This document shows, piece by piece, positions 19,295 to 31,057 of a stretch of 64,000 nucleotides of DNA (position 1 is its first letter; each line of letters starts with the position of its first letter). Origin of the DNA: Styela clava. Its lineage: Eukaryota. A model generated the notes under the pieces. That model searched no databases. It had not been told where the DNA came from and was given only the letters and a program-made list of their open reading frames with translations. Position numbers and translations under genes: made by a program. The DNA is taken from positions 14,198,001-14,262,000 of the forward strand of contig NC_135256.1 in the NCBI RefSeq assembly GCF_964204865.1, read 5' to 3'.

Positions 19295-21127
19295 TAGGGT
19301 TAGTTCGGATACCTATAATTTTTACTATCCGGATAACGGTTATATCCGGGTATTCCGTATTTTAATTATTCGGTTAACCGGATAGTTACTGCTAATTTTA
19401 GAGAACCCATTCCACAATATTTTTGCGGTGAATTGACCGAAAAGCACCACACAGTTCTATAGTTTAGTATAGTATTTTGTGTTCTGTATTATTTTGTGAT
19501 TTCTTGCACGACGAAATATTGACGAACATTGTACATATATAATGTAATAGCATACATATAAATGAAATCATGAACACACAAATTCATGCATTTCGAACAT
19601 TTTATTTCGATGAGAAGTACTCAGGGGAGACACAGGAAGTCCGTGAATTTTTAGTGACAAAAAAAATGATGATATTACAAAAATCGAACTAGAAATATTC
19701 ACCTTTTTAACTTGTCACTGTAAATATTCTCACGTTTGTACTAATTAAGCCACAACTTAACATCTAATTCGAATACTTTATAAACTAAATTAACAGAGCC
19801 AAAACAATGCTGCACCAGTTTTTGAACAACTTTACTTATCACCCTAGGTAAGTAAATGAAAAACATGACAAGATACAAAGTCTGTCAAATTAAACTTTGC
19901 TGGATAGACCATCCTGCAAACAAACTATTTCGGGAAAGTTCCATGAAAACCAATAACAGCCCTTCTTTTCAAAATTTTCGAGAAGGTCACTAATAAAGGC
20001 GGTCTCATTTTTTAATCTAATTTTTTTTACAGTCTGATTTTGTTAGCATCGCCGATTGTTTTCTTCCGTGTCCCGTGATTATTTGGGGAATTAACATCGG
20101 CATTATGCCAATTTTAATTTGATAATAAGTTACATTGCGTGAGAAGTTACCCTTGTTGCAAATTCAGTAAATGGCGATTCAACAGCGCCCAGTTTATCCA
20201 TCACTGGCCCTTAAATCAAGAGTCGTGGTATTTTCGTTAGCATTTACTGCCTTATTTTCAGTCAAAAATGTGTGTTTCAGATTCACTCATTTAACGATAG
20301 ATACGGCGATTTCAGTTCCGGCTGAAATAAAACAATACTTGGCGTTATATACCGAAGAAACCGCATCCCGACTTTTCTCCCGAATATGTTGCATCTGCAT
20401 TTATTGTAATAAATTAATTATACTCATTGAACTTGCAATAATAGCTCAAATTTGATAAATTCGCAAGATCGCAAAATACGGATTAAAACTGTATTTATTC
20501 TTGCAGCTCGTATTTTCATATCTAGAGTAGAAGTGATTTTATTTTAACGTAAGTCGACGCAATCGCAAGATACGTTGAACATATATTTACGGTTGAACAC
20601 AGTTATTATGGAAAAACATTTTAAAATACTCGAGTCGGCTACAAATTGAATATTTTGCGGGATAGAAAAATTATTATCAAACTGAAAAAGTAGGCGGTAT
20701 TATCAGCGAGTGTCATGATCGCAGAGACATCTTCACAAACCGTTGCAAAGTATTTATTAAGTATATTTATTCAAGTTTATTTAAGTATATTTTACATATT
20801 TATTTTGAACTACGCGACGTAACGAAAACAATCGAGGGGCATGTAATATTGAAGTTCACTCCAGCATTCCACGGATGACTAAGATATAAGTATTGTGAAT
20901 TAAAGTTGTTATTATATGCTCTGGGGGATGTCGTTTGCCACTCAACAAAAAATATAGAAATCACTAACGCGCATATGCATAATTTATACTGCTCTATTAT
21001 CCGGTTAACCGTCACAATAATATCCGGATATCAGATAACAAAATAACTTTCGGTTAACCGGATGTCTGGATGGTCCAACTCGAAGTGACTATAACTTTGG
21101 TCCAACCCAAAGTGACTATAAACCCTA
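19295..21127. mobile_element. ~1.8-kb non-autonomous DNA transposon (hAT-like, TAGGG termini)
   Basis: Ends TAGGGTT / AACCCTA, with subterminal arrays of TATCCGG / TTAACCGGAT at both ends (19327-19384, 20998-21064). Partial TSD GTACAGAC / GTACATTT. Confidence 0.65.
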
Positions 21128-21521
21128 GTACATTTCATTGACATGAACTGTTATCACTGAGAGTATTTCGATTTGAGTCAGCATTTATAACCTGTGAATG
21201 ATCGAAAATCACGAGCTTATTGTCCTGCGTCATCCGGTCTGCTGGCCGAGCAAAGCGAGAAATTTCCCTTTGTGCTGCATATCGTCGTCCCCGTTGCCTT
21301 GATAGCAGCGTTTTTCATTTCGATTAGATCAGCCTACGGCTATACCGTACCACCCGCAGCAAACTTCGTTTGTACGTACGGGTACGGGTCACTACTGAAC
21401 TAGGTGATCCAAAGACAGAGAAGAGCGTACCGGTGATAAATATAAACGCGACCGTTCAGCCGCTTATCACAGTCAGACAGTATACTGGTATAAGTTTGAT
21501 TGCACTACTTGAAATCCAGCC

Positions 21522-24103
<2,582 letters not shown>

Positions 24104-24133
24104 AAACGAACATCTTCGGATAGTTTGGTGTGC

Positions 24134-24139
24134 AATAAA
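24134..24139 (+). terminator. Polyadenylation signal of RagA/B
   Basis: AATAAA 30 nt after the RagA/B stop codon. Confidence 0.6.
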
Positions 24140-24174
24140 GTCCACATTCGATTTCTTTTCCTCACTACTCATCA

Positions 24175-25776
24175 TCACTTAACGTATTTATCCATGAACT
24201 TTTTGTGAAACTCTGATCTCAATGTATCATTTATAAATCGTTTTTGTGTTTTGTCGGGTTCGCCTCTAGCACAGTTCTTGAATACGACATCGTCATCCCA
24301 TCTAAATGAATGTTTGTAAAATAACACTTTAATATTTTCTCATTACTTAAAATATATTTGCAGCAAGTTAATTAATCGTGTTCAGTGTGAGAGGAAGCAA
24401 CAGTAACAAAAAGGTTGATTTGTAAAATATGATTGTATATGAGCATGCTTCTATTCTGATAACCCCATGTATTCACAATCAGCACTCACCTCCTCTTGAC
24501 AGCAAAATTTGATTCACCACGTTTCACGTTCATTAGAGGATTTCCACTCAAAATATTTTCTGTTCGTATCCGCGCTTCTTCCTCTTTCTTTTCTAGTTCC
24601 TGGAAAGCAATAATATTCAGGATTAGCTTGTGATCTGAAACTTTAATAACTACCGGTACGTATGTATATACCGGTAATCTAAAAAAAATTGATTCCTTCT
24701 GTTTTTGTAGACCCCTTATCAGTGATTATACATCTCAGTACATTGTATAATATTTTAATCACAAACCTTCTTTGCTGATTCTTCTGCCCTTTCCTTCTTG
24801 ATTCTATTCAATTCTGCTAGTAATTCAGCGGTATCGTCTTCCGAATCTGAATCACTGTCGCTATCCTGAACAGTAGAGCAAATATTACCATTAATATTAT
24901 TAGAATTTCTGAAATTGTCATGTGCCCTGTAGATATTTGAGATTTGGCTCCAGGTCTGACAAGATGAACATCTCAGAATCATAGACCATGCCAGATCAAG
25001 ATAACGAGCGTCTATTTAACGATAATCTCAAGAACCCATATGAAAAGATAGGCCATATATTTGAGATAGGTCCAGTAAGGAAAATCAACTGACTGTATCT
25101 GCTGGATCATCGGCATCAAGATTAGCCGCTGGAATTTGATTTAATCTTTGTCGTTTGTGTGAGTCCCGGGATGTTCTGTCTGACGACCTCTTTTCATTTC
25201 TCTCTCTATAGCTTCTGCTTTCTCTGTCATCCAACTCGCGTCTGAAATCACGAGCGTGGATGTCTTCAGGTGCATTCTGTGAAAATAAAAGTTAATGAAG
25301 TTTGGCAATGGTGGCGTTAAATGTGGCAGTAATCAAATATGACATTATTTGTTAACGTAAATAATAATAGCCAACCTCTTCACGGGCTCCAGAACGCCAA
25401 AAGTCTGAGAACCCTGGTCTAGTTAACAAACTGCAATTTCTGATTATTTCATGAAGCTACAACACCTGTTTGGCGATGGGGTCATAAGGCCATGTGCAGA
25501 AATAGATGTAGTTAACATTATTTTGGATTCAAATGTTTTATCTCGCAGAGATTGAATTATGAAACAGTTTATTGATGAATATATATTTAGATAGCGGAAG
25601 AATGACAAGTTGCAAGACATAGAGTTAGTCACCTGTCCTTCTTGGCGATATTTTAACTTAGTATGGCTTGGTAAATCTCTGCTTGAATATTGTTTTGATA
25701 ATTTTCCCAAATCACTTTCTCCTCTACTAGATCCTCCTCTAGCAGTATCAAATGTTGGTCTTGCAGCAGTTGTCAT
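24175..25776 (-). CDS. CWC15: Spliceosome-associated protein CWC15, 5 coding exons, 220 aa
   Basis: Exons (minus) 25776-25633, 25276-25094, 24865-24767, 24599-24490, 24301-24175 (663 nt). [100 protein letters not shown]. Confidence 0.97.
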
Positions 25777-26035
25777 CTCTCAGTGATTTCTCTTCACAAG
25801 TGTTTAAAATATTCACAAAATACCCATCAATAAAAACCAATATAATGAAAATTTAACCTGCAAATGATAAAAATCTGTTAGATAAAGATGTAAGAAATAG
25901 ATATCCAATACCAAAATGATTCTTAATTAATATGTGAGACATGTACAAATACTCTAGTAGTAAAGTTACTAATGCTGCAAAATGATTATACCACTAGCCC
26001 ACTAACAACAAGTTAGGAATTAGTAGTGGTTAACG

Positions 26036-26805
26036 CAGTGGTTCTCAACCTTTTATACGCGTACGTACGCGGAAGATGATCGGATGGTACGCGAGCAGCT
26101 TTGAATTATTTCAACAATTAACTTTTGAGCTGGCTAAAATACGCCGACAACGCTTTATGTTCCATACTGAATGTATTCGCTGAACAGCCTTTATGAATGT
26201 TTCTCCAGGCATCAATTTTCTTGTTTATTACCGTATCCAGCAACAATCAGTAAACATTGCCTCGTTTTTGTAGTTTTGGCTGTTATTTGTCAGTTTTGAG
26301 TTGTGTTTCAAAAAAATAGTTGTGAATAAAATATCTTAATTGTGAATCTATCTTCAAGGGAGCATTAATTTAGTTGCTGTAATCAAAAATGAGTCACGCA
26401 AATGCTGCGATAGACTAGTCTAAACTTTCAGTGCCTGTAAGTGGCACATGGGAGGGTTTCAAACACGTTAAACAGCTTATAACCGCCAACAAAACAAAAC
26501 ACTCTCGAAATAAGTATAAATTTTTTTTCAATAGTAAAGTATTAGAAAAACATTTCTGCGGTAAAGGCTCGGAGAAACGTCCTATAGACCAGTCGAGTCT
26601 TTACAGATCGCCCTCGCCTGCTATTGTCCGCGAATAGAGATGGGCATGTTTTCGTCCGTCTTGCGAATTAGGTCACGAAGGAGGTAGTGCCACATTATAA
26701 AATACTCTCATAGCGCGTGTCTTGTGCCATTGTTCCCCACGCCAAAAAAGGCCAGAGTAAAAACAGTAAAGTGGTACGCAGTCAGTAAAAGGTTGAGAAC
26801 CACTG
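26036..26805. mobile_element. hAT (Buster/Charlie-like) MITE
   Basis: TIRs CAGTGGTTCTCAACCTTTTA / TAAAAGGTTGAGAACCACTG; TSD GGTTAACG / GGTTGACG (7/8). Confidence 0.88.
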
Positions 26806-27317
26806 GGTTGACGTGTTATAGTTGACTATGATGACATCACAATCCCGGGTTAAAATCTTTGTTTCAAATCTCATGCCCACCACTTCACTTCAAAGTGTAA
26901 TAATTAATTTGGGTAGGCAATGCAGAAACTTGTTTGAAGCAAAGGGTATACAAATATAACATAAAAAATCATGATTCACCTAGCGAGGTAAATTTCAATA
27001 TAAAAATGTTGCAAATCGATTAGTACAGTTCCATGGAAATTTATATTAGTATGGCACAGGTGATGATCAATGAGTTGAATAATATGAAAAACAAATCTCA
27101 TTTGACATGTATTTTATTGAAAATATATATTAGCATTATTTTTACTGTCGTCCTTATATTCAAGTGCAGTTATGACCACTTTGTGGCGTCTGAAGCTGCT
27201 GCAAAACCATAGCGGGAATGCCAAACCATGGCGTCTGACTTTCGCGCTGCCACAAACCAAGGCATGTAGTAATTCTGTGTCATCTTCATAACTGCGACTC
27301 CTAATTTTCATAAAATA

Positions 27318-28556
27318 TTAGATTGCTAATCTAGAACCCTGATAGCATCGCAAGCTGCACATGATACAATCAATAGGAACTTCAACAGCTTGTTCATTGT
27401 CCATACGTACAACAGTGTGTGTTATGTTAGCGATATTGAATGAAATAGCTGTTCTAATATATGATTCAAAACAGTATAAAGAACAACGCCAACAACATCT
27501 TCCGCCCTCAATAAATTCTCGACAAAAATGAGTCAAACTTTCTTTATCATATGGAAGCCTTTTCTTTATGATCACCCTGGCAGCTAAATCTTGAAGAGAT
27601 GAAACATCTTTTAGCCTGAACAGTGGAGGAATAGATCCTACTTTCAAAAAATCATTTCCAGAAAGATCAATTTGCTCTAACGACAAACATTTGATAGAAG
27701 CTGGTAGAATTCTCAGCAAATTATCTGAAGCAAGAAAAACTTTCAACTTCTGTAGTCCCCCGATACATTGAGGTAATAGTTTTAACTTGTTCGAGCGAAT
27801 ATGAAGTTGGTACAATTCGCATAGATTTCCAAAATCTAGTGGTAAACATTTTATCTGATTTGTATTGAGTTTTAAACATCGTAAACTTGAACAAAGTTTT
27901 GAGTTTGGCATAGAGAATGTATTTGGCAGTTCTGATAAATCATTATTCTCTAAATTTATTTCCACAAGGCTTTGCATCTCTGCAATGCTATCTGGAAGAG
28001 TTTTTATTTTATTGTTACTCAAGTTGAGAATCTTCAAATGTCGTAATTTTAACATTCTTGAGTCTAGTTTAAGAAGCGAACAATGTTCAACAGCAAGTTG
28101 TTCTAAAGTACTCGGAAAACCTTCTAAAAGTGGATACCTTTGTTTTGAATTTACCATCAACTTCGTTCTTGGTTTTTGTATTACTCTATTTTGTACAGGT
28201 TCGGCAGATGACAAGACTCCCCTGCCCAATAAAGATTGTCCAGTACTAGCAACCTTAATAGCATTGACAAGTCGTTGAAGATCAATACTATTTGCCCCAC
28301 TGACACATAAATCCAAATGCGGATCTTTCAGTCGAATTGTTGCTTTCCCTTCTGACAACATTCTGCTGAAGATTTTTTCAACATTGTTATGGAGTTTGTA
28401 ACGAGACCCATGTTTATTTTTTGTTGTACACCACATAAGAAATGTGTTTTCTTCTTTTTTGAATACAGAAAGTGTGGAACGAACACCTTTACTTGCTCCA
28501 AATCCTCTGGAGGCCGCTTCTAAATTTATTGATGCCACTGAGCAAACGAGCCTCAT
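27318..28556 (-). CDS. LRR1: Leucine-rich repeat protein 1 (CRL2 substrate receptor for CMG helicase unloading), intronless CDS, 412 aa
   Basis: N-terminal PH-like domain (KGVRSTLS..GSRYKL..NVEKIF..EGKATIRLKDP), GFPSTLEQL, LxxLxLxxNxI/L repeats, BC-box VSSLQDLAARVII, C-terminal Cys cluster. Splice acceptor TTCTAG at 28577-28576 just upstream of the ATG; AATAAA at 27118-27113. Confidence 0.93.
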   Translation of the reverse strand: MRLVCSVASINLEAASRGFGASKGVRSTLSVFKKEENTFLMWCTTKNKHGSRYKLHNNVEKIFSRMLSEGKATIRLKDPHLDLCVSGANSIDLQRLVNAIKVASTGQSLLGRGVLSSAEPVQNRVIQKPRTKLMVNSKQRYPLLEGFPSTLEQLAVEHCSLLKLDSRMLKLRHLKILNLSNNKIKTLPDSIAEMQSLVEINLENNDLSELPNTFSMPNSKLCSSLRCLKLNTNQIKCLPLDFGNLCELYQLHIRSNKLKLLPQCIGGLQKLKVFLASDNLLRILPASIKCLSLEQIDLSGNDFLKVGSIPPLFRLKDVSSLQDLAARVIIKKRLPYDKESLTHFCREFIEGGRCCWRCSLYCFESYIRTAISFNIANITHTVVRMDNEQAVEVPIDCIMCSLRCYQGSRLAI

Positions 28557-28699
28557 GTTTTTATATTCTCTGATTCTAGAATGGTAAGGAACATGAACGG
28601 ATTATGGAATTCAAAAATACATCACCGGTCTGCCGGTAATTGAAGATTAATGATAGAAGTGATAGCAATTTTTGAAGATATAATTTATTATTGAATCAG

Positions 28700-29166
28700 G
28701 GGTCTAGTATGGTTTAGTACCACAAGTACTTCCAGTGGGCGTAGCATAACGATTTTTGCATATGTTATTCCTAACCCTCACCTGACTATGCCATCCATAA
28801 AATTACGTCCCTACGACGCCACCATCACGTCATAGGGATTGCCAAAGTATAATTATGATCGCCCGAAATGGCATCTGCGCCGACGATAAGAACTTGCTAA
28901 AGCCAGCGATCTCTCTCCTATCGTGATTGTTGCGACGAGAAAAATAGCTTGCTCGATTTCGGGTTATCGTCTGCGCGTTTTGGACAACCATCCGCATACT
29001 TCGGTGGGCCTTATTACGCCACTGTGACGTCGGAATGACGTAATTTTTCGGTGACGTAATTTTTCGGTGACGTACGGTAGTCAGATAGGGGTTAGGATTG
29101 ACATATGCAAAAATTGTTGAGCCAGGCCAACTAGAAGTGGATGTGGTACTAAACTATACCAGACCC
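28700..29166. mobile_element. MITE with long (~90 bp) imperfect TIRs
   Basis: GGGTCTAGTATGGTTTAGTACCAC..TTTTTGCATATGTTATTCCTAACCC..CTGACTA is mirrored by TAGTCAG..GGGTTAGGATTGACATATGCAAAAA..GTGGTACTAAACTATACCAGACCC. Internal 16-bp tandem GTGACGTAATTTTTCG. Confidence 0.8.
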
Positions 29167-29922
29167 TAAACCAGTACTGCAGTCTGACAGCACTAGAATA
29201 TCTGCCATAAATTCGTAACTAATACCGGTACCGTACCGTACGGTACCGTACCGGTGTACCGTGGAGAAGTGCCGTACGGTACGTACCGGCAACTTTGCCA
29301 GATTGAGCGGATAACGGTACCGTAACGCATACTGGTGAAGTAGATGAGCCAAAACCGAAATATAGACACGGAGAAGCTAGCTAAATTTAGAACGTCACAG
29401 GTAGTTCTAAACAACTAAGTCGCACCCCAGAAAGACGCAACGTTAATCAACAAGCCACGGCCACCACGGCTACTGATAAAACGACCCGAAAATTCCCTGT
29501 CTGTGCCACTGGATGTCCTCGTAGTCAACAAAATTTCATCCTAAATGTTTTTCACGAGAATTTTCTTTAAATGACATTACACCAAACTGTTCTTTTGCAA
29601 TTTGATCTTACAAGTCCCGTTTCGACTGCTATTTTCTGACATCCTAGAATAAACTTCAAATTTTAGTTCGAAGCTTGGGACGTTTCTTTGAACGATAAAT
29701 ATTGCTTTACTCATTGAGCTAACTTAAATAAATATATAACGTTAGAGTAAAAATAAGCAAGTAATATGATACATTTGGTGATATCTGGTAGTTTCAGCTA
29801 ATATATGACGTTCAAGTACTGTACCGACACACTAGCGGTGTAACACGGACGAAGCCATCTCGATTCGAAAATATCACGTACGGTATGCAAAGGCTGTGAA
29901 GCTTTCAGATGAATGAGTATTC

Positions 29923-29936
29923 GTTTCTATGGCAAC
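29923..29936. promoter_or_regulatory. RFX X-box in the ODAD1/CCDC63-family promoter
   Basis: GTTTCTATGGCAAC fits the X-box consensus GTHNYY-AT-RRNAAC. It lies just upstream of a putative non-coding first exon (donor GGTG|GTGAGT at 30054/30055, acceptor at 31031-31032) of a motile-cilia gene. Confidence 0.8.
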
Positions 29937-30126
29937 AATGTTGATAAGTGACAAACGCACAGTCGTCGGCTATCCAAGCATTGAGAATCTTGATTAATTC
30001 TGCTTTGTAAGTTACAGCGGTACAGTGTGAGAAACCTGCTGATAATCGCTGGTGGTGAGTTTATTTTATTGCAGTAGACCTATTGTTATAACTGTACAGG
30101 TTACAATCTAATTGCTATTTCAGTAT

Positions 30127-30333
30127 TTAGGATAGGATAGGATTTACATATTTATCTCGGGGGAGAGGAAAGCGGTTACGTGAACCACCCAACGACGGCG
30201 AGGAGTCCAGCAATCCTCTCGCACATAACCATCCCTGCATGGGATTCGAACCTGCGAACCCACGCAGAGTAATTAGAGGTGCGGTGGCGAGCGTATTCCT
30301 AACGCTTAGCCCGTTGAGCCACACCGTCGCGCC
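30127..30333 (-). mobile_element. tRNA-derived SINE (internally deleted copy)
   Basis: Minus strand: A-box TGGCTCAACGGG, B-box GGTTCGAATCC, body shared with 42152-42480, (ATCCT)n tail. Lacks about 135 nt of the body present in the other copy. Confidence 0.85.
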
Positions 30334-31057
30334 AGAATTCAGGAATTGTTGCAAACCTTTCTGTCTTCAGAACCAATGTGGTTTTGGCAATGCATCGGTA
30401 TTATTCCATATAGATGCAACGAACTTTTGTGCAACATTATGTATTTTATTAAAATAATTTCACCACACCACATTTGAAACCAGGATCACAAAATATGTAT
30501 TGAATTCAAGTTTGCACAAAGTGTTGTCCTGTTCTACTTTAGATCAGTATTTTCATATCTTAAATGGATTTGTAAATTTTATTGCTTGAAGTTGTATTGT
30601 GTGTGTTTATTTTGTTGTGTGCTCTGACTGTTTTTTGGGACGAGCGATGTTTAACTTTATCCTAAGTTATGCTCGTCTTCCAGGTATGTCTGAATTTTGT
30701 TTGTCCGTTTGTTGTTGTTTTGTTTTATGTCAGATTGACCAAAATAAAATGGATTGACAAGTGTTGAATTAAATAATCAAACTTACATCACTTCTTCGTC
30801 CATTTTCCATTTTTTCAATTTTAATTAGGTTAATGGAGTTAACGACTGGCAATTTTGTTGTGATCACAAATTGGGTAAAATAACTACTTTTTGATGGGAC
30901 TTTGAGTTTATTAGCATTGTGTTATTGTAAGCTGGTTCCTTGAGCAGAATGGTTAAGATTTTGTAATTCTTTCACAAGACTGATTCACTTGGTATCATAT
31001 ACTGAATTCAGACACCAATTTTTTTTATTCAGTTGAAACTTATTTTACATCTACACA

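Noticed and set aside
27865-28278. 137-aa plus-strand ORF
   Set aside because: Antisense shadow of the LRR1 CDS with no recognisable motifs.
29036-29073. CRISPR-like or other prokaryotic repeat array
   Set aside because: Contiguous 16-bp tandem with no spacers, inside a MITE in a eukaryotic locus.
29149-29414. Short ORFs rich in YGTV repeats
   Set aside because: They are translations of the GTACCG low-complexity cluster, with no splice or codon support.
30225-30333. tRNA gene (A and B boxes, long variable arm), likewise at 42152-42245
   Set aside because: No clean cloverleaf or acceptor stem; both continue into a shared non-tRNA body with a simple-repeat tail, so they are SINE heads.
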